The notes beneath the pieces were generated by a model that had not been told where the DNA came from, did no database searches, and worked only from the letters and a program-made list of their open reading frames with translations. DNA of 63,546 nt, filler included, from Reticulomyxa filosa (lineage: Eukaryota > Protista > Foraminifera): NCBI GenBank assembly GCA_000512085.1. It is 20 parts of 20 records of this genome, joined end to end, with 100 filler letters (N's around TTAATTAATTAA, not from the genome) between each part and the next. Parts side by side here need not be neighbours in the genome. Positions count along the whole stretch, not along the records: positions 40,727 to 41,734 come from ASPP01012165.1; positions 41,835 to 44,200 come from ASPP01025718.1; positions 44,301 to 47,035 come from ASPP01025428.1; positions 47,136 to 62,139 come from ASPP01005533.1; 16 more parts are not named here. The stretch is one strand, 5' to 3'. Position 1 is the first letter of the stretch. Every line of letters starts with the position of its first letter. A program made the translations under genes and the position numbers. Below, in pieces: positions 40,796-53,700 of this stretch.

Positions 40796-41734
40796 ATGAG
40801 AAAAGTAAAGAATGAGATACTGTGGGAACGGTCGAGACAATACGCGATGGACTATGAAAAAGACCGAAATAGGAATGACCCACTGCAAATGAACAGAAGA
40901 GACTTGTTCGGAAGAACGAACATTTCCCCTAGACATCAGCTACCACCTCCTCCTCCACCACCTTCATCTTCTCTTCCTCTTGGCTTGTCGACCAAGAAAA
41001 CCACAGTGCCTCTTGGCTATGGAGCGCTGTACCACGGACAAGCGTCAATGCCGTCTGCAATGGCGGCCAGAACAACAAAGATGCCAAAGATGATGGCCAT
41101 GCAACATCCAACGCGCCAGCAGCACACCAATGCACATGCACCAAGAAATAGCGACATGTACCCCCCTTTGCAAAAGTCGATGTCATTGAAAGTGACTCCG
41201 ACGTACTTGTCGCATTCGAGTTCGAACCTGCTGGCCATGGGCACTACAACAAGAAACGGTGATCCAAGGGACGGTCCCTCGTCGAACAAAAAGATGAAGC
41301 AAAAGACCAAAGAGAAATCAATGAAGACGCGTAAGAGACAGCGTCACCAAAGAGGGTCCAAAAGTATTGAAAACCATTCCAAAACTACCAAACATATGAT
41401 CGGTGCTCTCTTTCAAAGCAAAACCAAACACAATCAGTCTCCCTTTGCGTCGAGTCGGTCGTTGACTAACCATCCCTCCTCCACCCATGGTCACAGCAAG
41501 CAATATCGCGATGTCGTCGTCCCCTCGATGCCTCCTTTGCCACCGTCGTTGCCGTTTCCATTGCCGTTGACGACCACACGAAGCAATAGTAAGAGCAGCA
41601 GCAGCAACAGCTATAGCAACAGCGTGGAACCAAAACAACGCAAAAAAGGCAATCACAATGACGTCAAGCAAAAGGAAGCTGTTCGACAGAAACAAAGCAG
41701 ATTCGAAATTATTGATAATAACAATAATAATAAT
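40796..41734 (+). CDS. Low-complexity S/K/P-rich hypothetical protein fragment
   Basis: Open frame of ~310 codons running to the contig end, with elevated GC and no recognisable domain. Confidence 0.55.
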
Positions 41735-41834
41735 NNNNNNNNNNNNNNNNNNNNNNNNNNNNNNNNNNNNNNNNNNNNTTAATTAATTAANNNNNNNNNN
41801 NNNNNNNNNNNNNNNNNNNNNNNNNNNNNNNNNN

Positions 41835-42031
41835 TCCAAATTTAATGTGTAATATTCGAATCCAATGCTGGATAATGACTTGAATTTCGTTTTTCTCTGG
41901 CTAATTCAATCACAATCCACATACAACAAATATAATAAAACTTGAAGACAACTAACTTTTTTGAAATTTGGAATAAAAATTACCACTACTAGTTGAATTA
42001 AAGTTTGTTCATGATTGATACGAGCTGTCAT
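41835..42031 (-). CDS. 5' exons of a linker-mini-exon gene, paralog of 31670-31900
   Basis: MTARINHEQTLIQLVV|PEKNEIQVIIQHWIRILHIKFG. The intron and upstream DNA closely match 31710-32040. Confidence 0.75.
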
Positions 42032-42599
42032 TTTGCAACTGCTTTTGTTTTTTTGCTTGGATATTCTTCAATGATGTAAAATGGAAAATTTTTACTTTTT
42101 TTCAAGTTCAATAAAGGGACTTTAAAAAATAGAATTTTGCAATATCTCTGTTTTTTCTTAATGAAGAAAAAAAAAAAGAAAATGAATTATAACTTTTTAT
42201 GATTATATTAAGAACAATAAATTATCTTTTTTTACTTATTCAGATATCTAATAATATGCAAATATTTTATTATAAAATTAAATTATGTGTTCAAATGAAA
42301 AAAAATTTATCATGACCAATGAACTAATTACCTTCAACGAAACAAACAAACTAAAGCAAAAGAAAAATAACATAAAATGAAAACCAGACAGAAAAACAAA
42401 GATTTGTTGAAACTAAAGTATCTCTAGTTCTTTTTGGTCAACAATGCTTTGACAGAAATTGGATGTTGCAATTGAACACTCCAGAACAAATTAGTCATTA
42501 TATTAATTTGATTTGCAATCAAGTTGCAAACAGTTCAGTTGACCCCTTTTCTTTTTTTTTTAAATCATAAAAATTCCGTTTACTTTTTTTTTCAATGAT

Positions 42600-43090
42600 A
42601 TAAATTTAAAATATATTATTCTATTGTCCTTTGATCACATACAATTCATTCTTATTTGATTGAATATCCAAAAAAAATTGTTTTATAATGATATGGCAAA
42701 AATTTCACATAATCCACATAATTTGAATGTTCATTGAATAATTGAATTTGTTTGTTGTTATCAACATCACATACACGAACTGTTTTATCATCTGATCCAG
42801 AACAAACGAATTGAATAGTCAATATTATTTACACAATTAGTATGTTCAGTGAATGTATTGATTAATTTGGATGATGGATGATACAGATTAAAATTGATAG
42901 TTGATAATAAAATAGAAGACTCATAAGATTATTTTTTGTGTTAAAGATTTAATTTTTGAAGTAACTGTTGATAATATTGAGTCAATTTGGAATTATTTTC
43001 TTCAATGATTTAATTATTGTTTTTCTTTATCATTAAAATTTTTTTAATTATTTCAATGTTTGCTTGGTGCGGCATTTGTTTCAAACTTCA
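42600..43090 (-). pseudogene. Decayed WD40 gene fragment
   Basis: Minus strand reads KLINTFTEHTNCV...QFVCSGSDDKTVRV*DV..., with stops and deletions. Confidence 0.65.
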
Positions 43091-44300
43091 TTTTTTATTA
43101 AATGATTATTTAAGTCTTGTAATTTTCCTTTAAAATTGCATTTAATGTCACGTGATCGAATTGGACAAGAGTTGTTATTGTTTTAAGAAATAGTTGTAGA
43201 CAATGCCCTTCAGTCTTTACGCTTTCTTCCTTTGCTTGCTTCATTTTTTTTGTTTTATAAAAATGGAGAGATGTTGTTCTCTTTTATGAAGATTTTCTAT
43301 TTAAAAACAATGCATGTTCACAAAAATCAATTACAATTATTCCTTGTTCTTTTTCACCTGTCTGCGTTTGCGGAGGAGTTGGAAAATATTTACACTGGAC
43401 TATCCCTAAACATAAATCATCACTCTCCTTTTTGCCCTGGAGATTCAATTATTATCTGTCCTGCTTGGTGTACTTCTTCCTTCTAAGAATATTGAAATCA
43501 ATGGTCAAAACAGATATTAAAAAAAGTCCTACTGACGTCTGAGTAGTAAAACTTGTGCAATTCAATTGTTTATTCTTTGTATCTATTGAAGACTTCACAG
43601 TTAAATTACTTTGTTGACAATAATTGCTTATTCCTGCAATTTTGTTAAAAACAATTAAAAAGGAAAAATTGAGTTATTTATTTTTAAATCTTCTCTTTGA
43701 AGGACATCTGAACCTCCAGATTCGAAATGACCACTGAAAAAACAAGCAACAGAGTTGAACTAACTATTCAAATCTTCGTTTCAACAAATTAACCTATTTG
43801 CAAAGCACCCTTTTAAGAAAATGGAAATAACAAGGAATTTAAAATAGATATTTAAAAATTACACTTGTATTCGTTTTGTTATTTATTTTAAACAAATGTG
43901 ATTTACAAACAAACATTTGATTTTTGTCTTTATTATTATTCATAAGGTATGTCCAAAAAAAAATTCAAGTGATTAACTTTTTGCTGTCGTTTTCATTTGC
44001 TTTATTAGAAAATTAAAAATAAATAAAGATGTTCAATAATGTTAACCACTTTATAAAAATAGAGTTTCGTGTTGTCCCTTTTTAAACACAACTTTTTTTT
44101 TTGGAGAAAAAAAAAACTCTTAATCATAATAAAGAAAAGGCTAGATAATGTTATCCTTGAACATTGAAAGAAATGAAAAAAAAGTGGAAAATGAAAAAGA
44201 NNNNNNNNNNNNNNNNNNNNNNNNNNNNNNNNNNNNNNNNNNNNTTAATTAATTAANNNNNNNNNNNNNNNNNNNNNNNNNNNNNNNNNNNNNNNNNNNN

Positions 44301-44959
44301 AAAAAAAAAATTGAAAATTTTTACCTGTAAACTTTCTTTATTTTGTTTAGATTTAGTTATTGGTGCTTGAGATTTTTTTCCTACTTTTTGTACTTTGTTT
44401 TGTTTTATTTAGAGTCAATTTTAAGTTTAGTTTCCAATTTTTTTTAGGGAAATTTTTACTCACCTATTTTACTTTGCTTAATTGCATTGTTATTGTTTCT
44501 TTCTTGTACTTTCAGTGAAGAAATTTTGGTATTATCCGGACACTTCACTTTTTGTTTTTGTCTCTGATCAAAATCATTGACACGAACTTGTTGCCCAAGA
44601 TTTTTCGTCGTGGTTGAGGTTGACAATACAAAGTTAGTTGGCAGATTTAGAAGGCTTACCCTATCATTTGAATTTAAAATTTTTTTTTTGCTTGATGGAT
44701 CTATTAAAAAGTTTTATTTATGTGTTTTGTTTTTATTGTAACTTTTTTTTTGAAGCAAAAACTCAGTAAATGCATTTTTTAAGATGAAATTACCTTTTGA
44801 TGATTCACAGGTTAGAAGGTTGTACGAAACATTGCCAAAAAACAACTCAGGGTTACTTTGTTGTTGGCTGTTAGAGGGAAGTACAAATTTTTCGTCCACA
44901 AGTTCTGCGTCAGACCCAATAAAAAACTGAAAAAATACCAATATTAATAGTTTAATCAT
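44301..44959 (-). CDS. Putative secreted hypothetical protein, partial
   Basis: MIKLLILVFFQFFIGSDA has a signal-peptide-like pattern and is followed by further short exons. Confidence 0.4.
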
Positions 44960-45371
44960 TGCAAGCTTTATTTTGCAATTAGCAACAAAAATTTCCAAAA
45001 GGAATGACGTCATTCTATTACTTTCAATCCCTTTTGTGCTGTCATGCTGTTTAAAACGGCTCTGCAAAAGATACGGATCAGAAACAATACAATGAAAGGA
45101 CTAAAGTGTATTAGTTTTTGTGTGATCCAAATTGAAAAATGTAACAAACATCTTTTCCAGGACTAATCCAATCAATTGACGACAAAATTTTTGAAAAAAA
45201 CAATGCAAATTGCCATTTTTTCTCTTGTGATATATTTAATCAAATTATTATTATTATCAAACAAGACAATAAATAATTAAAAAACAAAAGCAAATTTTTT
45301 TAAAAAAAAAACTACAAAAAAGTTCAAAAAAAAAACCAGACAGCGTCCCCTTTCACAGATAATAGAAATAA

Positions 45372-46430
45372 ATGACGTTCAAGTTAGATGAAAAGGAACT
45401 CGCCTGCCGTGTTCGAAAAGCCAATAAAGATGATTTTACTGAAATATTTCAACTTATTTCAGCCGAGCCAAAATATCGGGTGTCTGATCTGGCGTTGACA
45501 GTGTTGTTTAACTTAGTGGTGTTTGGGAGTATGTCGGCAGTGGCAGTGGCGTGTTTTGCGTGGCTAATAATATTCAAGATAATCCAGCAAAAGACATTTT
45601 CGCTGATGACATACGTACTTGTCGCCATTGGGCCCGCATGTGTCGTATATCTCATCGCGTTGGTTCAAGCCTATCTTTTGTTTGCAAGTCGATACAAAAA
45701 AATGTCACACTTCCAAGCATTGAGCAAAGACCCATCAAACGACGAACTGAATGGCTTTGTCAAAGACCGACAAATCTTTATGGCCTTTGCACACAAAAGA
45801 AAAGAAGACGAAACCAGTTTGTTTTTTTAAATTAAATTTAAACTCAATTAAATTAAATTAAATTAAAATTAGATTAAATTAAACATACATTAAAAAAAAT
45901 AACCAGGAAAAGAAGAAGGCCCATGCTTGGGCGTTTTGATAATGACAGCCTATCCGAACTTTTGCGCGAGGATCGGCTTTAATCCCTTGCGATTGAAGGA
46001 GTTCAACAAGTATGCGCAAAGTGCAATGATAGTCGAGTGGCTGGTCGTGAATGAACAATTGCTGAAAAAGAGTGGCCAGTCCAGTGTCATTTATGACTCA
46101 ATGTTGAGGTATGTCTGCGGCGGAGACACTTTGAACGAAAATCGTTATGGCATCTTGGACGACACGAGTGTCAATTATGTACTTTGTGTGTCGGATGAAA
46201 TGTCCATCTGGCAACACCAATGTCTTGTTGAAAATGGCTTTGTTGTTTGTGGTTCCTGGGAAGATTTGCATTTGTTTGGGAGTTTGCCATTTCCTACTCG
46301 TTTTCATTTTTTTCTTAAACCTATGAACGCTGTTGCTTCGGCTTTGCACAAAGAAAAACAAAGGCGAGAAAAACTGCAACAAACCACCACTTCCCAGAAC
46401 AAACAGTCTGTTCAAAGTGAAAAAAAGTAA
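45372..46430 (+). CDS. Membrane-anchored GNAT-like N-acetyltransferase (NAT8/NAT14-like architecture), 2 exons
   Basis: N-terminal VRKANKDDFTEIFQL, a hydrophobic hairpin insert, then FMAF...LGVLIM...IVEWLVV...LVENGFVV matching GNAT beta-strands and the terminal xxxGF motif. Intron at ~45820-45906. Confidence 0.55.
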
Positions 46431-47370
46431 TTGTTTCGTTTGTTCCCATTTTTTTTTTTTTTTAGAAAAAAAAAAACAAATCGCTTTGGAACGTGTGACA
46501 CATTGATTTTTTTTTCCTCGTTCAACTTGTCACGCACTTAGATGTGTTGCTTGATTTTTTTTTGTAATCATCATCAACTTTTATTTTGCTTTATTTCATC
46601 AATTCATAAGCTTTGCAATTTTGCACAAAGTTAGATATCACTAAATTTTGGAGTTTTTTGTTTTACTTGAGGAACGAAAAATGAAAGTTTATTACAAATT
46701 TTTTTAGTATAGATAGTTTTTTTTTTTTGAAACGATCGCTAGCTATCGGTTAACATCCCAAAAAAATTTTCGTGCTTGGTTAAAAGCAGTTTTTACAAGA
46801 TCGAGCAACAAAAAGCGTAATTTTGTTTTTTTTTGAGTTTTCGGAAAAAAACTAAAAATTATTAAAAACCATTTCTCACAAAAAGACCCACAACTGAAAG
46901 AAAACTTTGTCAAGTGTCACATAAAAACTCCAAAAAAAATAAAATTATACATCGATTTTGGGGGAAGGGCAATTGGTAATGTTCTTTTTTTTTTTTTTAC
47001 TGTTTTTTTTTCTTTTGAGACTCTTCCCTTTTTTANNNNNNNNNNNNNNNNNNNNNNNNNNNNNNNNNNNNNNNNNNNNTTAATTAATTAANNNNNNNNN
47101 NNNNNNNNNNNNNNNNNNNNNNNNNNNNNNNNNNNCTGTATTTAACTATGTTGTTTCTTAGAATGAAGAGATAATATTATGTAATTAATTACTTGGAACC
47201 CATAAATATTCTATTGAATCGAAAGTACTCTAAAATATCTTGTGTATAAACTATCTTGAACTAGAAAGTTTAAAAAGTAAATAAATTATCGTAACAATGA
47301 CCAAAAAACCTTTTTTTTTTTGAACTTAGTGAACAACTAAAAAGTCTAATCTCATTGAAAAAGAGAAGAA

Positions 47371-50323
47371 ATGACTTCTTTGAAAGAAACGCAACTCTTT
47401 CACATGTATAAGGACCTATTACATCAAATAAATAAAGCACAAAGCATAAAAGAATTGACAAGATTTATTACACTCTTCAGTTCCAAAGAACTGAAAGAAC
47501 TTATCATGAACAAGCTGAACGTAGAAATAGAAAAGGGTCAAAAGAACGAAAACAGCATTGAATTTTTTTCCATACAAGGCAAGATTCGTGATTTATATTT
47601 ACAAACGGCTTCATTTGATGAAATTTTACCAACAGCCGTGCAAGCGCATATTTTTTCTTTTTTGGATTATAATTCTCTTGAATATTTTCCTTTTCTGTCG
47701 AGATCAATTCATCGTACATTTTGTTTAAATCCTATCTTATTTGAAAAGGTGAAAAAAAACTTTTTTTTTTTTTTAACAAAACAAGACAAAATAAAATTAA
47801 AAAAAAAAGTATACGTTGGAATTTTTTGCATTCGGAGAAAATACTTTCCGGGAAAATATTTGGGAAAATACTCTCGAAAATATTTTAAAAGAAAATAGTT
47901 CCGAAAACAATACTTTCGAAGAAAATACTTTCAGAAAAAGAAGAAATATCAAACATAAAGGAAAGATAAAGAAGTTATGTGTTAAACATAAATCGGAATG
48001 TGTAGTGATTGGAATAGAAGATCCAAAAATATCAAATGGCAATGTAAGTACAGTAGATCAATTGGGTCAATTTCCTTGGTATAGCATTCGTAAATGGCAT
48101 GTGAATGGTACTCAATTACAACTATTATACTCATATTTTGCACAAAGACCAGTGCCACTTTATCAATTTTTGTTTGACTCCAGTTCAGATACACGTTGGA
48201 AAGAATTTGTATCAACTTGGAATGATTTTATTAAGAGTGAAGAGAGTCCATCTGAGAAATGGAACACATTAAATTACAGGGATTTGACCAGAATAAATCA
48301 TGGGCGTATTTACTATGGCCAAGAATTACTTGCACAAAATCATCAAATAGAATCACTTAAGGCTTACATCGATAAAAATATTTTAAAGCGACATGAGTAT
48401 GATTATGTCTCTGATCGTCCAATCTTTCATATCACATACGATACACCGAAGACAACATTTCGCTCTTCCCAATACAGACATAGGCCTAAAGGGCCCATCA
48501 GTGTCCAATCTCCTTTTCAATACAGTTTATAATTTATAGTTAATTTTTTGATATAATATACATAAATACGTGTTTATTGTATATGTATGTACATAGAGGA
48601 CTGGAAAGGTTTAGAAAAGGACTTGCGTGTGCATATACTAAATTTGAATGAAGAAATTTTTTCAAAAAAAGACAAAAACAAACAGTTTGGATATGTCGAT
48701 GATGCAGAAATAAGGTTCCAACAGTCAGTTGAACAGATACAGTATTTCTATGATCATATTTTGTGTATACGAGAATGGTTGGAATCTTTATTTGGATCTT
48801 CTGAAAACTTTAAATTTGGTCATAGTAATTCCACTAGCTTTCAAATAATAATAGTTAAAAAACAAGTCCCACTGAAAGTACACGAGAATGATACATATAA
48901 ACGGAACTCTTTGCAAGTGGGAGATGAATTTTTATATATTTGTAAAGAAGGACAATTAGCAATGAGTAATGCTACACAATATATTGTGTTTGGAGAATTG
49001 ATTGATTTCACAGATGAAAATCAAAATGAAAAAGAGATCAGCAATAACAAATCTGGAAATGGATGGAATATTATTGATCTATTGAGAAAAAATAACGAAA
49101 TTGAAGAACAACAACTTAGTGCAATAATTCCTAACATTTTTTTATTTTGGAAAAAGAAAATAGTTATTAATTATTATATTTTTTTGTTTTTTTACATTAA
49201 AAATAAAAGATATATGTATGTATATATAATAGAAATATGCAAAAGAACAAATCGATTTATTTATTGCAATGCTGGATAAAGCGCGCAAATCGATTCAATC
49301 ATTGGCAGTGACAAATACATTTGATCAACTAATAATTTTTCCAATACTTCCAAATTTAATACATTTACGTTTGAAACACATCAAAATCGGTAGCTGCTTC
49401 AATTCCATTAATGTGAAAGGATTGATGCCACAATTGAAAACGCTCACAGTTGAAAAATTGCTTATTAAATCATGTACATATTGTAATTGGCAACAAACTC
49501 TTGAAGCTGCTGGGTCATGCGATTTTAACCACAACAATGACTCTTTGTCAATATCTTCTTCATTTCCTTCCTTTGATCCCCAACAGAAGCAACAACAAGA
49601 TATTTCCGAAATTAAATTTCTTAATTATTTGCTACTATCTTGTCCAAATTTGTTAGCATTTAGTTATATCGCTGTAAAAATTAATCCAGAAGACACACTC
49701 AAAATTCCATCTACTGTGGAGTGGTTGAGGATAGAAGGCCAGAAATCAGAATTATGTGTTCAATTAGATTTGAGCCAATGCAAATGTATCAATGGATTCA
49801 GTTTAATTATATATTTTTACAAAAAAAAACATGAAATAATTAATAATAATTTAACCATAAACAAAAAGGTTGGGAATATTGTTTTATAAAATGGCCAACG
49901 GAAACAGTACTTAAAATTGGTTGGTTGAAAAATAATAATGGAGATATTTCATATTGGGATAATTTGTTATCATCCAACAAATGTTGTAATGTACAGCTTT
50001 GTGTATTACTAGTAGACCATATTATATTTGATTTTACATCTGATAACTCATTATTCTCTCAATCGCCTTTTGCAGACATTAAAAGGCTTAAACAAACTGT
50101 TGCAAAGAGATCAGGAATAGGTTATGACAATGTAGATTTATTATTTTCGAAAGACGAAGGTATTACCGTACCTAATTCTCTCCAGAAATTAATGTTTCAA
50201 AAAATTGCCGAAATTATGGGTATTCATAGTGCCAAAGTGAAGGAATATCAAAAATGGTTTAACATTGAAGAAGCTTATTGGATTTTCAATTTGTTTTCAG
50301 CTTATATTTTCAATGATATTTGA
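47371..50323 (+). CDS. F-box protein with C-terminal LRR-like region, multi-exon
   Basis: F-box-like SFDEILPTAVQAHIFSFLDYNSL...LSRSIHR. LRR-like LPNLIHLRL, MPQLKTLTV, CPNLLAFSY and LDLSQC. ORFs are joined by short AT-rich introns. Confidence 0.7.
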
Positions 50324-50760
50324 AAAGAAGAATTTAATTCTCTTTTGGTGAAATTGGAATAATTATCTTTGCTTAATTAAATTACTTTTTTTGCAACTAT
50401 TTTTTCCATTGATTTCATGAAATTATTTTTTAAATATATCCAATGAATTTTTATCTACGCAACCTAATGTAACGATAATATATTCCATTATAATGCATGT
50501 GTTCATATTTTTGAAGGTTATATTAATTATACAGAATTTCAAATGCTAATATATTCTTTCCAATAAAAATGTTACATTAAGTTCTTTTTAGATATATAGT
50601 TATCATCAATTGATTTATCATTTCAAATTATGTTTTCATCATTATCAAAAATTGTGTGAGAAAAATAAAAAATAAATTACTTGATGTCAATGAATTAAAA
50701 AACAAATTCAAGAGCTTAATTGAAAATGATTGATAAGATATTTTATTTACAACAAACAAA

Positions 50761-53700
50761 TTACATTTCATTCAAAATAATTTTCATTAAAGGTTCAATA
50801 CTTCTCTTTGAATCCAATTGAATAATGCCATTTTCAATGGCAGAAATGAATTTATCACAATCAAATTTTGCTTTTCTACGAATGACAGTGTTGCAATCAC
50901 TTCCAACGACAATATTATTTAAGGTAATTTTGTGCAACAATTCCATTCGATCTAATAAACGAGTTGGAAGTGAAATTAAAGCATGCTTTTGAGTAATTGT
51001 TAAACATCGTGCTAATGTTTCAATTGATGAATATTGTTCCATTGAATTCGCAAAAAATGTTGCCAATGCATTAATATTTGGTTTTTGTGTTTTATTATAA
51101 CTTGTTCCTGGTAGTGAAACACCAAGCATATCATCTTTCATAATGATTGGTAATTGTTGATCAATATTATCATTTTGAATCATGTGTGCATTTGAAAATA
51201 CATTATTTAATATTGAAATTATGGTATCGTAATATTCCTTTAATATGTTATTTTCTTCAATTAATTGCATAACTTGTTTTTTTTCATCATGTTCATTGTT
51301 GTCATTGATTTTTTCATCATTATTACGCGTATTTTCTAAGTGATAATCATTTGATAATGAATTATTCTCAATAGGTTTTTCCTCAAAATTTTTTTCTTCA
51401 GTTGATAACAATTGTTCCATTTCTATTTTTTTTCTTCATATTCATTCAATATATCTTTCTTTTCTTCTAAATATTCTAATTTTAGATTTTCATGGTGATG
51501 ATGTTTAATAATGTTTTCAAGTTTAATAATTTCAGAACACATCCAAATATTATCATCTTTCACAGTTTGCAATGCCATTGAAATATCTGAAATTGTCTTG
51601 ACTTCATTTAAATTGCTCATTAACATTAATGCCACTGATGCTTTATCACGAATGGTCGAATTTTGATCTTTTGATGCAATTTGTAATTGTTTCGAGACAA
51701 TATCAATCTCATTGGAATTTTGTTTATTATTATTAATCAGTAACTTTAAACATTTAATAATATTAATGGGTTGTTCATTATTCATAATATCATTTACCAT
51801 TTTATCAAATTTTATTAAAAATTGGAATGTATTATGTTTAATTTGTTCAATCAAACTTTGATTCGGAGAATGAAAATTATTACATTGATCATAATAAATA
51901 ACCTCAATTTGATGTAACAATAAATCATTTTGTAATGGATGGTAATGAAGAAATAATGCTTGTGGACAGCATTGAATAATTGTCGGAAATGATGTATTCG
52001 TAAGTATTAACTGCTTGAGTTTAGATTGTGAATTTGGAAGTATCATTTGGGCTAATCCTGTAGAATCAAGTATTGTGCATCCTTGAATAGCTAATATTGA
52101 TAACGCAGCGCTTCCTGTTTCAATTTTATTAATAGCGCAACAGCTATTAAGTTGTAATGATTCTAGATTTGGCGCTTTTAACATTAAACAAGTTAAAGCA
52201 GTAGCATTTATCATTTTCCATTGTTTTAAATAAGGCATTTCAAATAATATTTCTACATTTTTTAATTGCTTACAATTATTTGCTCGAAATGAAATTAATT
52301 TTGGCATTTCAATTTCAGATAATGTAATTAAACTAGATTGATCAAGAATTAATTTAATTAATGATGGAAATGCAAATGACAATTTTCCTTGTAATTGTGA
52401 ACAAGATTTTGCAATCAAAGTTTGCAATGTTTGACATTGTTTTGCAATTATACTTAAATCTTTGTCTTCAATCGTTGTATTGCTAATATCTAACCAAGTT
52501 AAATTGGATATTTCAGAAAATAAAATTCTAATATTCATACTGTCTATACCACGTAAAGATAATTCTTGAAAAGGATGTAACTGTATAATTTGTAATAATC
52601 TTAATTGTTGTTTGTCAGATAATTTGTTCCAATAGAAAGGAAATAGAGCTAGTTCGGAATCGCCTTTTAATATCAATGATTGATGTTCCATTGAAAGTAT
52701 TTCTTCAAATGTCTTAAAATTTCCCAAATACATTTCTTCAGATATTTTTTCTAATTGCTGTTGTTGATAACTCAATTGATTAATTTCTGTCAATGCTTCA
52801 GAGGGTGTTATTTTTAAAATGTCATTCACATGAATTCTATTTAATTGATATCTTTCTAATTGATTTAATCTTTGAACAGGATCTTTATATTGTTTTAACA
52901 CATCATTGTAAATGGCACCAATCTTTGGATGAAGTTTGATAAGGCATTGCAATCCTGTTATATCTGGATAATGTTGTAATAAAGTACGAAGTTTTAACCA
53001 TCGCTTATGTATAGCTGAAGCATCTCCTTTTTTAAAAGGTATTGGTATTGATATTGAATTGTCTTGATTATTCCATTGATAAGTTGTTTCAGATGAAAAT
53101 ATTTTTTTATATTCGTCATTTTGTACTTGTGCATCTCTAAATATAGATTCTAATGTTTGTTTTGCATCTAATAATAAAAATCTTTCTTTTGCAATTAAAT
53201 TTATTGGTTGATGCATATAGTCAAAACAAAATAAAATAGTTTTGATTTGTAATTGAAAATATTCATTGTTTTTATTTGGAATCCAATCAGGTAATAATAT
53301 GTTACTGTTGTTATTATTAATATTTATTAATATATTTTTTTCATTATTTAATTGTTTAATGACATAATTAATTGGCAAATCATTTTTCGGATTAATCAAT
53401 AAAGCAATGAATAACAATTCTGTATAATTTTGATGATCTAATTTATTTAATATATTTAATTCTTTGTCAAATACTTGTTGTAATGATGTAGATCCATGAA
53501 TTATTTCAGAACAAAGTATTGGTATTGAATTAGTATCGTCGTCATCATTGTTGTTATATTTTAAGCATGCCAATTCACTATGACATATTCCATGATTTAT
53601 TATTCTATAATAAAATTGTTCTATTAGATAATTTATTCCTGGCATTTCAGGACAAAATTGAATGCAAATAACTGGTAAGTCATTAGGTTTTAATTTTATT

